This document shows, in pieces, positions 1 to 8,274 of a stretch of DNA of 64,000 nucleotides (position 1 is its first letter; every line of letters begins with the position of its first letter). Made by a program: the position numbers and the translations under genes. Location: NCBI GenBank assembly GCA_035464655.1, contig DATHRZ010000009.1, forward strand, positions 1,769-65,768, read 5' to 3'. The notes beneath the pieces are model-generated. The model worked only from the letters and a program-made list of their open reading frames with translations. It ran no database searches and was not told the DNA's origin. This DNA comes from Gemmatimonadota bacterium (GTDB lineage Bacteria; Gemmatimonadota; Gemmatimonadetes; Palauibacterales; Palauibacteraceae).

Positions 1-1511
1 TCGAGGCTGACGACCCCGAGCGCCTCCCCCAGCTCGCGATCGCGTGCCTGGTGGAATTCGCCGATGTTCACGCCCGCTCCACCGAGGATCGTCCCGATCC
101 CCCCGATCACGCCGGGCACGTCGTCGTTGCGCACGAACAGGAGCGTCCCGCCCGGCGTGACCTCGACCCGGAAGGCGTCGATCCGCAGCAGGCGTGGTTC
201 GCCGCGGCTCGTCAGCTTGCCGGCCACCGAGCGCCGCGTGCCGCCCGAGTCGGCGACGAGCTCGATCCAGTTCTTGCCGCGTCCCTCGGCGCGAACGTGC
301 GAGCGGCTCACTTCGATGCCGCGTTCTTCGGCCAGGAGCGCCGCGTTGATCAGGTTGAGTGGGCCCGCGAGACGCGGCGTGAGGAAGCCCTCGAGCGCCG
401 CGGAGATGGCGAGCTGGGACATGGCACCCGGAGGCGCCGTGTAGCGCACGGCGATCGACTCGGTCGGGCCGTCGACGAGCTCGCTGAGCAGGTGTCCGAG
501 CCGGCGGGCGAGGTCGAGCAGGACCTCGGTTCGCGGGCGCTCGTCCGCCGCCACGCTCGGCAGGTTGACCGCGCCGCCGAAGTCGCCGTCGAGCAGGGCG
601 TCGCGAACGGCGCGCGCGATCTCGATGGCGACCTCGCGCTGGGCCTCGGGCGTCGAAGCGCCGATGTGGGGGGTCATGATCAGGTTCGGGCACTCGCGGA
701 GCGGATCGTCGTCGGGCAGCGGCTCGGCCTCGAACACGTCCAGCGCGGCAGCGGCGATCTCGCCCGTCCGCAACGCCGCGATCAGGGCCTGTTCATCGAC
801 GATGCCGCCCCGCGCCGCGTTGATCAGGCCGGCGGCGGGCTTCATGCGCGCGAGCTCCGGCGCTCCGATCAGGTGCTGGGTCTCGTCGACCAGGGGTACG
901 TGCAGCGTGACGTAGTCGGACGCCTCGAGCAGGCCTTCGAGCGGCACCGACTGCACGCCGAGCTCCCGGGCGCGCGACTCCGACAGATAGGGATCCGAAA
1001 CGATTACGTCCATCCCGAAGGCCCGGGCCCGCCGCACTACCTCGGTACCGATGCGTCCGGCGCCGACCACGCCGAGCGTCTTGCCCGCGAGCTGGGCGCC
1101 CTTCAGCGACTTACGCTCCCAGTGCCCGGCTCGCATCGACGCGGCGGCGTCGGGGATGCCACGGGCAAGCGCCAGCAGCAGGGCGAAGGCGTGCTCGGCC
1201 GTCGAGATCGTGTTGCCGGCGGGGGCGTTGAGGATGGCGATGCCGCGCCGCGTGGCCGCCTCGAGATCGATGTTGTCGAGTCCGACGCCGGCACGACCGA
1301 TCACCTCGAGCGAGGACGCATGGTCCAGCAACTCCTCGTCGGCCATCGTCGCGCTGCGCACGATCAGCCCCGAGGTTCCGTTCAACGACTCGAGCAACTC
1401 CGATCGCGAACGCTTCGACAGATCGTCGACGATCAATCCCCCGGCAGCGTTCAGGATCTCGAGACCCTCCTCCGACAGGGGATCGGCGAGAACGAGCCGC
1501 TTGTCAGCCAA
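1..1511 (-). CDS. serA: D-3-phosphoglycerate dehydrogenase (3' end runs off the window)
   Basis: Manual translation from TTG at 1511: MADKRLVLADPLSEEGLEIL, then GRAGVGLDNID, NTISTAEH, Rossmann GVVGAGRIG and HVPL. C-terminal ACT-like segment RNDDVPGVIGGIGTILG..VNIGEF. Absent from the ORF track because its stop lies outside the window. Confidence 0.93.
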   Translation of the reverse strand, partial: MADKRLVLADPLSEEGLEILNAAGGLIVDDLSKRSRSELLESLNGTSGLIVRSATMADEELLDHASSLEVIGRAGVGLDNIDLEAATRRGIAILNAPAGNTISTAEHAFALLLALARGIPDAAASMRAGHWERKSLKGAQLAGKTLGVVGAGRIGTEVVRRARAFGMDVIVSDPYLSESRARELGVQSVPLEGLLEASDYVTLHVPLVDETQHLIGAPELARMKPAAGLINAARGGIVDEQALIAALRTGEIAAAALDVFEAEPLPDDDPLRECPNLIMTPHIGASTPEAQREVAIEIARAVRDALLDGDFGGAVNLPSVAADERPRTEVLLDLARRLGHLLSELVDGPTESIAVRYTAPPGAMSQLAISAALEGFLTPRLAGPLNLINAALLAEERGIEVSRSHVRAEGRGKNWIELVADSGGTRRSVAGKLTSRGEPRLLRIDAFRVEVTPGGTLLFVRNDDVPGVIGGIGTILGGAGVNIGEFHQARDRELGEALGVVSL

Positions 1512-2667
1512 GGCGGCGACCCTCGCTGCCGCTGGCGACGGCCGCGGTGGACTGCGGGCCGGCGACGCCGAGCACCTCCGCCACTTCGGCGAGCACGACC
1601 TCGAGCTCGGCCGGCGTGTGATCGCCCATGTGCCCGATGCGGATCGACGTGTCCTTCAGCTTCCCGTAGCCCGGAGCGATCGTGATGCCGCGCTCCGCCA
1701 GCGTCCGCACGACATCGGGTCCGTTCAGGCCGTCGGGCAGCGTCACGGCCGTCACCGTCGGCGAGCGGTAGCCGGCCGGCGCCTGGACGGCGAACGAACG
1801 GTCGCTGACCTCGCCGAGCCACGCCGTCCACTCGTGCGTGCGCCGCGCCATTCGGGCGTGGCGCTCGAACCGCGGCGCGAGTCCCTCGGCTTCGATCCGA
1901 CGAATCTGGGTCTGCAGGGCGTAGAGCAGCGAGACGGCCGGTGTGTTCGTGGTCGAATGGTCGGCGGCCCGCCGCTCGAACTCGAGAAGGTCGAAGTAGT
2001 AGCTGCGCTCCGGCACGTCGCGCGCCCGTGAAAGCGCCCGCTCCGATGCCGCCGCGAAGGCGAGGCCGGGGGGCAGCGCCAGCGCCTTTTGCGATCCGGT
2101 CAGCAGAAAGTCGAGACCCCAGTCGTCGAACTCGATCGGCCGGCCGCCGACCGACGACACGCCGTCGACCGCCAGCAAGACGTCGTCGAACTCCGCCGTC
2201 ACGTCCGCCAGCTCGGCAATCGGGTTGAGCACACCCGTCGACGTCTCGGAGTGGACCACCGTCACCAGGTCGTAGCGGCCGTCCGCTTCACGCAGGGCCT
2301 CGCGCAACGCGTCGGGACGATTCGGCATGCCCCAGGCGACGTCGAGGCGGTCGGCCGGCCGGCCGCAGCGCTCGGCGATGTCGTGGAATCGTTTGCTGAA
2401 CGCCCCGCACACCAGGCAGAGGATGCGCCGGCGACTCAGGTTGCGGATCGCCGCTTCCATGAAGCCGGTGGCCGAGGACGTGGAGACATAGACCGGCCGC
2501 TCCGTTCCGAACAGCCGCCGAAGCATCGGGTCGACCTCGGCGAGCAGCGCGGTCATCGCCGGCCCGCGGTGCCCGATCATCGGCCGCGCCATGGCGGCCA
2601 GAACCTCGGGATGGACTTCGGTGGGACCCGGCAGGAAGAAGCTGCCGAACTCGATGCGAGAATTCAT
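1504..2667 (-). CDS. Class V PLP-dependent aminotransferase (alanine-glyoxylate/phosphoserine aminotransferase-like)
   Basis: FLPGPTEV, VHSETSTGV, DGVSS, PLP-lysine motif GSQKALALPPG and IRIGHMG; 8-bp overlap with the serA start. Confidence 0.9.
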   Translation of the reverse strand: MNSRIEFGSFFLPGPTEVHPEVLAAMARPMIGHRGPAMTALLAEVDPMLRRLFGTERPVYVSTSSATGFMEAAIRNLSRRRILCLVCGAFSKRFHDIAERCGRPADRLDVAWGMPNRPDALREALREADGRYDLVTVVHSETSTGVLNPIAELADVTAEFDDVLLAVDGVSSVGGRPIEFDDWGLDFLLTGSQKALALPPGLAFAAASERALSRARDVPERSYYFDLLEFERRAADHSTTNTPAVSLLYALQTQIRRIEAEGLAPRFERHARMARRTHEWTAWLGEVSDRSFAVQAPAGYRSPTVTAVTLPDGLNGPDVVRTLAERGITIAPGYGKLKDTSIRIGHMGDHTPAELEVVLAEVAEVLGVAGPQSTAAVASGSEGRRLG

Positions 2668-2774
2668 GGCAACAAGGTCCGGTGTCGGCGGAGCGTTGAC
2701 AAGGTGTGTGCTCCGGCGGCGGCGAGTCGGGCTTCGAGGTTGACGCCGCCGGCGCCGAATCCGAACTTCCGGCC

Positions 2775-3035
2775 ATGCAATATCACGTGATGACCGAGGT
2801 GTCGCCGGAAGAGGTGGTCGAGCGCGCCAGGCGCTTTTTTGCCGAGCAGGCGTACCTCGGCGTGCGGGAGCCCGAGGCCGGAACGATCATCTTCGACGGC
2901 GACATCGGAGCCGTGGAGTTCCGCATCGATCGCGCCCACGGACATACGAACGTCCGGGTGCGCACCGATCGGGTCGCCGGCCTCGACATCACCGACCTCA
3001 CGAAGCGCTTCCTCTACACGTTGGGGCACGTATGA
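2775..3035 (+). CDS. Small hypothetical protein (86 aa, alpha/beta)
   Basis: ATG at 2775 (MQYHVMTEVSPEEVVERARRFF); host-like codon usage; ATGA overlap with the next gene. Confidence 0.7.
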   Translation: MQYHVMTEVSPEEVVERARRFFAEQAYLGVREPEAGTIIFDGDIGAVEFRIDRAHGHTNVRVRTDRVAGLDITDLTKRFLYTLGHV

Positions 3036-3331
3036 ACAGAGTCGCCGAGCAGCTGGGACGGACGTTCACCGTCCGCCTCGTCATGCCCGATCGTTGGCTC
3101 GAACAGGTGGCGGAGCTGCCCGCGTCGACATCCGTCGCCGAGGCGAAGGCCGACGGGCTGCGCATTCTCCTTCAGCGTGACACCGACGATCCGGGCGACT
3201 ATTACGTCGAGTACGCCGAGCGCCAGGTGAAGGACGAGACGAGGTCGCTGGCGGACATCGGCTTCCGTCCGCGCGAAATCCTCGCCATCCGGGCCTACGA
3301 CCTCGGTCACTACCGGCGCTTCGAGGGCTGA
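3032..3331 (+). CDS. Small hypothetical protein, possible beta-grasp (ubiquitin/YukD-like) fold
   Basis: 99 aa. Pattern TFTVRLV..SVAEAKADGL..YYVEY..KDETRSLADIGFRPREILAI resembles ubiquitin-like spacing; translationally coupled to the upstream ORF. Confidence 0.65.
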   Translation: MNRVAEQLGRTFTVRLVMPDRWLEQVAELPASTSVAEAKADGLRILLQRDTDDPGDYYVEYAERQVKDETRSLADIGFRPREILAIRAYDLGHYRRFEG

Positions 3332-4689
3332 CCGAGCCGGCCCCTGGCCTCCCGCGCGACGATCCCCGAGAGCAGCACGAGGCCGATCAGGTTCGGCAGG
3401 GCCATGAGCCCGCGCAGGGCGTCGGACAGCGCCCACAGTCCCTCCAGCGGCAGCACGGAGCCCAGCGGGATGATCCCGACGAAGAACAGGCGAAACGGCA
3501 TTACCGCGCGCTCGCCCGCCACGTACCGGATGCTTCGTTCGCCGAAATAGGCCCACGCGAGGATCGTCGTGAACGCAAACGCGGCCAGCACGAGGGCGAC
3601 GAACCAGGCGGCGAGTGAACCCGGGAACGCGGCCTCGAAGGCTCGTTGCATGAGTACGGCGTCGGGTAGTTGCGCACCCGCGAGACGTGGGACTGCCGTG
3701 AGGAGCACGAGTCCGGTGAGCGTCCCGACCAGCAGCGTGTCGATCAGCGGCGCCGTCATCGCGACGAGCGCCTGGCGTACGGGCTCGCGGGTCCGCGCCG
3801 CCGCGGCGGCGATCGCCCCGGTGCCGAGCCCCGCCTCGCTCGACAACGCCCCGCGCGCCAGCCCGCTCCCCAGCGCCTGCCCGAGCGTGTATCCCGCTAT
3901 CCCACCACCGGCCGCGCGGGCACCGAGCGCTCCGTCGAAGATCGAACGGAAGATATCGGGAAGGACCGCGGCCTCGAGCCACAGCACCCGGACGCTCGCA
4001 CCGACGTAGGCGACGAGCAGCACGGGAACGACGAGGCCGGCGATCCGGCCGATCGAGCGGATCCCCCCGAGAACGACCGCGCCGGCCAGGGTGGCGGTCA
4101 CCGCTCCGACGACTAGCGGCGGCGCACCGCTGACGTTCGAGACCGCGGCGGAAACCGCGTGCGCCTGCACGCCGTTGCCGAACCCGAGAGCGGCCAGAAC
4201 CGTGAACCCCCCGAAGGCCAGGGCGAGTCCCCGTCCCAGGTGACCCCAGCGGATCCCGTTTTCGAGGTAGTGCATGGGCCCGCCGCTCTTGCCGCCCTTC
4301 ACGTCGGTTTCGCGGAACCGAACGCCCAGAACCGCCTCGGCGAAGCGGGTCGCCATGGCCAGCACGCCCGCCACCCACATCCAGAGAAGGGCGCCCGGCC
4401 CGCCGGCCGCCAGCGCGACCGCGACGCCGACCACGTTCCCGGCGCCGACGCTTCCGGCAAGGGCCGTCATCAGCGCCTGGAAGTGAGAGATGTCTCCGTC
4501 GGCCGTCGGTTCGTCCCGTTCGACGAAGGCGAAACGGAGGGCCCGCGGAAGCCGGCGGAATTGCAGACCGCGCAGCAGGACAGTTAGATATAGCCCTGCA
4601 CCCGCCAGTAGAAGAACCAGTGGCAGTCCCCAGGTCGCTTCACGCAGACGGGCGGCGGCTTCGATCATCCGTGGGCGGGTAAAATTCAC
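3310..4689 (-). CDS. Alanine/glycine:cation symporter (AlsT/AgcS family)
   Basis: ISHFQALMTALAGSVGAGNVVGVA, GGPGALLWMW, GGPMHY and SEAGLG motifs; many TM helices; start may be the ATG at 4668. Confidence 0.9.
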   Translation of the reverse strand: MNFTRPRMIEAAARLREATWGLPLVLLLAGAGLYLTVLLRGLQFRRLPRALRFAFVERDEPTADGDISHFQALMTALAGSVGAGNVVGVAVALAAGGPGALLWMWVAGVLAMATRFAEAVLGVRFRETDVKGGKSGGPMHYLENGIRWGHLGRGLALAFGGFTVLAALGFGNGVQAHAVSAAVSNVSGAPPLVVGAVTATLAGAVVLGGIRSIGRIAGLVVPVLLVAYVGASVRVLWLEAAVLPDIFRSIFDGALGARAAGGGIAGYTLGQALGSGLARGALSSEAGLGTGAIAAAAARTREPVRQALVAMTAPLIDTLLVGTLTGLVLLTAVPRLAGAQLPDAVLMQRAFEAAFPGSLAAWFVALVLAAFAFTTILAWAYFGERSIRYVAGERAVMPFRLFFVGIIPLGSVLPLEGLWALSDALRGLMALPNLIGLVLLSGIVAREARGRLGQPSKRR

Positions 4690-4783
4690 ACCATGTGGCG
4701 GCGGAGGCGCTCGCGGCGCGGGTCAGGTTAGGAGCCCGACCCCCGCCCCGTCAATCGAGCTACCGCCCTCAATCGGAGAATCC

Positions 4784-6373
4784 ATGACCGAAGGCAGCAT
4801 CGACCTCGAACAGATCTGCAGGAGGCTCGGCTTCGCCGAAGTTCCCGAGGTGCTCGAGGCGTCGGCCACGCCCGTACGCCGAGGACACCATCTCGCGTTG
4901 CTCGCCGGAGAGGGATCCGGAAAGGCATCGGTCGTCGGGCTCGCGGTTCTCGAGCACTGTGACCCTGCCGAGGCGACTCTCCAGGCGCTCATCCTGGTTC
5001 CCGAGGCGGACCACGCCTGGCGCCTCGCCGCCGCCGTGCGGCGCGTGATCGCCCCCGACGGTTTCGTGGTCGCCTGTCCCTCGGCGGCTCCCGACGATGC
5101 GCGTTCATCCGACGGTACGGAAGCGGCCGTCCAACCGCACGTGCTGGTCGGACGACCATCGAATTTGTTGCCCGAGATCCGCGCGGGACGCCACTCGATC
5201 TCCGCCCTTCGGCTGCTCGTGCTCGACCGGGTGGCGGATCTGCGAGTCCTCGATGAATGGACGAGCGTCGAACCGATTCTCGAGACCCTGCCGAAGGAGT
5301 GTCGCAGGATCGCGATTTCCGATCGGGTCGACTCGACCTTCACGGACCTGATCGATCGTCAGTTGCCGCGCGCGCGGCGTTGGCCCGAGGAGATCATGCC
5401 GGGGGCCGTCGCGCCCGATGCCGATGATCCCGCGCCCCCCGCCGAGGTCGTGCGGTGCGCGCTCGCCCCCACGGCCGACTTCGTCGAAGCGTTCGAGCGC
5501 TGCGTCCGGGATGCCGACGGCCTGGGATCGGCCCGTGTCGACCTGGTGTTCGAATCGGCTGAAGGGGCCGCCCGGGCAGCCGCGGAGCTCGCGGTCGCCG
5601 GCTTCGACGCGGCCGGCGGCGACCGCGAGCTCGTGGTCGGCGTCTCCCTTCCCGGCGAGGGGCCCGAGGCCGTCGTGCACGTCGGACTTCCGTTCCGCCT
5701 CGAGACGCTCGTCGACTCGTTCGCTGGCGAGGGACCGCGCTACGCGGTGATCGAGCCCCGGCACGCGCCGCAGTTGGACCTGCACGTCCGGCGAATGAAC
5801 CGCCGTCTCGAGCCGCTTCGGGGCCGGGTTCTCCGCGAGGAGCTCGACCCGGTCCGGCGCTACCGGATGCGAATCCGCGAGGCGGCGAACTCGGCCGACC
5901 TGATGTCGGAGCTGCTCATCCTCGAGCCGCTGTTCGACGAGCACGGGCCCGTAATGGTGGCGGCGATCCTCTCGGACCTCCTCCGGCGCCGAGACGAGGA
6001 ACATGGGCCGGCGATCCGCCCCTGGGCCGATGTCGAAGCGGCGTCGACCAAGGAGGGCGGGGCGGGCGAGCGGCCCGCGTCGAAGCCGAGGGCCCGGAAG
6101 CGCGCGGAGGATGTTCCACGCGGGGCACGGCCGTCGTGGACCCGGCTTTACATCGGGGTCGGGCGGCGCGACGAAGTGAGTCCCGGCGATCTTGTCGGCG
6201 CGATCACCGGCGAGACGGGCATCGCGGGCGCCCAGGTCGGGAAGATCGAGATCATGGGGAATTTCTCGCTCGTCGACATCGAGTCACAGGTGGCCGACGA
6301 CGTGATGCGGAAGCTGGACGGGGTGCAGATCCGCGGTCGAAGCGCACCGGTCCGCCGGGATCGCGAGAGCTGA
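4784..6373 (+). CDS. Degenerate DEAD-box helicase-like protein with C-terminal DbpA RNA-binding domain
   Basis: GGAG SD then ATG 4784. Remnant motifs GEGSGKA, ALILVP and LLVLD; clear DbpA domain WTRLYIGVGRRDEVSPGDLVGAI..VGKIEI..FSLVDI. Confidence 0.8.
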   Translation: MTEGSIDLEQICRRLGFAEVPEVLEASATPVRRGHHLALLAGEGSGKASVVGLAVLEHCDPAEATLQALILVPEADHAWRLAAAVRRVIAPDGFVVACPSAAPDDARSSDGTEAAVQPHVLVGRPSNLLPEIRAGRHSISALRLLVLDRVADLRVLDEWTSVEPILETLPKECRRIAISDRVDSTFTDLIDRQLPRARRWPEEIMPGAVAPDADDPAPPAEVVRCALAPTADFVEAFERCVRDADGLGSARVDLVFESAEGAARAAAELAVAGFDAAGGDRELVVGVSLPGEGPEAVVHVGLPFRLETLVDSFAGEGPRYAVIEPRHAPQLDLHVRRMNRRLEPLRGRVLREELDPVRRYRMRIREAANSADLMSELLILEPLFDEHGPVMVAAILSDLLRRRDEEHGPAIRPWADVEAASTKEGGAGERPASKPRARKRAEDVPRGARPSWTRLYIGVGRRDEVSPGDLVGAITGETGIAGAQVGKIEIMGNFSLVDIESQVADDVMRKLDGVQIRGRSAPVRRDRES

Positions 6374-6377
6374 GCCG

Positions 6378-7421
6378 GTGATCGGCGCGGTCGGCCAGCC
6401 GTGGCGGACGTTCCTCGAGCGCTCCGCCGCGGTGCTCGCCGCGGTCGTTGTCCTGGTCGCGTCGGGCACTCTCGGCTTCGTCCTCCTCGGCGACTGGCCG
6501 GTATCGGACGCCGCGTGGATGACGATCATCACGATCACGGCCGTGGGCTACGAGGAGGTGCGCGAGCTCACTCCGGCGACACGGGTGCTGGCCACGGGCC
6601 TGCTGGCCGGCGGGGTCACGATGATGGGAATCTGGTTCGCGGTACTCACGGCGGCCATCGTCGAGATGGACCTCGGCCACGTATTCAGAACACGGCGGGA
6701 TATGAAGAACATCGAGAAGTTGAAGGACCACGTGATCGTGTGCGGCGCCGGACGGACGGGCCTGCAGATCGTCGAGGAGATGAGGACCGCCGGAGTTCCC
6801 TACGTGGTCGTCGACATCGATCAGGAACGCGCCGAGCAGGTCCGGCAGGCCGACGACGACGCGCTCGTCCTCGTCGCCGACGCGACACGAGACGAGAGCC
6901 TGACGCAAGCCGGAATCGAGCTCGCCCGGGGGCTGGTCGCGTGCCTGAGCCAGGATACGGACAACCTGTTCGTATGCCTGAGCGCCCGCGACCTGAATCC
7001 CAACCTGACGATCGTCGCCCGCGCATACGAAGAGCAGACGATGCAGAAGCTGTACGTGGCGGGCGCCGACCACGTGGTGAGCCCCAACGTCACGGGCGGG
7101 GTACGGATGGCCTCGGTACTCCTGCGTCCCAGCGTCGTGACGTTTCTCGACGTCGTCGCGCGAGGCGAGGATCTCGCCCTCCGGCTCGAGCAGATCGACA
7201 TTACCGGCGATTCGCCGTTGGCGGGGGTGACACTGGAGGAGGCGCGGATTCCGCAGCGTACGGGCCTCATCGTGATCGCGATTCGCCTTGCGGCGTCCGG
7301 AGCCGACGCCGAGTGGCGCTACAACCCGGGACCCCATGAAGCGATGCACGCGGGAGATACCCTCATCGTGCTCGGCAAACCGGAGCAGCTCGACGAGCTG
7401 ACCGTCCTAGCGGGCGTCTGA
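6378..7421 (+). CDS. Potassium channel protein (2-TM pore plus RCK/TrkA-N and TrkA-C domains)
   Basis: Pore ITITAVGYEE (TVGYG-like), RCK HVIVCGAGRTG, DAT and C-terminal TrkA-C (NPGP..GDTLIVLG). Confidence 0.88.
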   Translation: MIGAVGQPWRTFLERSAAVLAAVVVLVASGTLGFVLLGDWPVSDAAWMTIITITAVGYEEVRELTPATRVLATGLLAGGVTMMGIWFAVLTAAIVEMDLGHVFRTRRDMKNIEKLKDHVIVCGAGRTGLQIVEEMRTAGVPYVVVDIDQERAEQVRQADDDALVLVADATRDESLTQAGIELARGLVACLSQDTDNLFVCLSARDLNPNLTIVARAYEEQTMQKLYVAGADHVVSPNVTGGVRMASVLLRPSVVTFLDVVARGEDLALRLEQIDITGDSPLAGVTLEEARIPQRTGLIVIAIRLAASGADAEWRYNPGPHEAMHAGDTLIVLGKPEQLDELTVLAGV

Positions 7422-7444
7422 GCGGCGGCTCGGACGCGGCGGTT

Positions 7445-8122
7445 TCAGTCCTCTTCGGCCATCCGGCGCTTGAGCTCTTCGAGCCGGAGCTCGGCGAGCG
7501 CTTCCGCGTCGACGTCGCTCGCCCCGCCGCGGGACAAGTCGTCGTCGAACCTCGCGGCGCCCCCGGACCCGAGCTCGTCGTCGAGCTCACGAGCCGCCTC
7601 GGCACGGGCCGCCTCGTCCTCGATGTCCTCGGCCATCCGATCGAATCGCGACGCCGCGCTGTCGCCGCCGCCGCGCAGGGCTTCGGTGCTCCGCGACCGG
7701 CGGGTCCGAACCTTCAGGACGTCGCGATGCGTCATCGCCGATTTGAGCTGTTCGGTCATCTCGCTCACCGTGCGGCGCTGCATCGCGAGCTCAGCCTCGG
7801 CGGCCTCGATCTTCTCGCCGTACACACGGGCGCGCTCCCGATGGCGCTCCCCGTATTCGACGGCCAACCTCAGCGTCTCGGTGTCGCCGATTTCCTTCGC
7901 CTGTCCGGCGCGCCGGACGCAATCTTCGGCCCGTCGACGTTCCTCGGCCTGCGAGGTGCGCAGCCTCTCGATGCCCTTCTCGAGCCTCGGCAGGGACGCC
8001 TTCGCCTCGATGAGCTCCTGGCGCATCCCGGCCAGCAGCTCGTCGACGTTCCCCGCGTCGTCCGAGCGGTTCTCGAGGGCCGAGAGCGCCCCGTCGATCG
8101 CATCCTTCAGCTTTCTGAACAT
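7445..8122 (-). CDS. PspA/IM30 family protein
   Basis: N-terminal MFRKLKDAI amphipathic helix, long coiled coils, FDRMAEDI..AEA and C-terminal LEELKRRM. Confidence 0.8.
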   Translation of the reverse strand: MFRKLKDAIDGALSALENRSDDAGNVDELLAGMRQELIEAKASLPRLEKGIERLRTSQAEERRRAEDCVRRAGQAKEIGDTETLRLAVEYGERHRERARVYGEKIEAAEAELAMQRRTVSEMTEQLKSAMTHRDVLKVRTRRSRSTEALRGGGDSAASRFDRMAEDIEDEAARAEAARELDDELGSGGAARFDDDLSRGGASDVDAEALAELRLEELKRRMAEED

Positions 8123-8185
8123 GCCCCCAAGTCTATCCCCGGCCCTGGTATTCGTCCACCGACCTCGCGCGTGAACCTCGCGGTG

Positions 8186-8191
8186 TATAAT
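8186..8191 (+). promoter_or_regulatory. Perfect -10 hexamer TATAAT upstream of copA
   Basis: TATAAT in the short AT-richer pspA/copA divergent gap; no clear -35. Confidence 0.5.
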
Positions 8192-8274
8192 GCTGTTACT
8201 GACATGCAGCGCAGGGATCGGCCGCCGTGGACAATTGCGGCCGGATCAACGTTCCGTCGCCGGGGAGGGCGAGC

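Noticed and set aside
51-1685. 544-aa plus-strand ORF
   Set aside because: Antisense shadow of serA; no recognisable motifs; long shadow ORFs are expected at about 70% GC.
2696-2701. TTGACA hexamer upstream of the small gene pair
   Set aside because: No plausible -10 at 16-18 nt.
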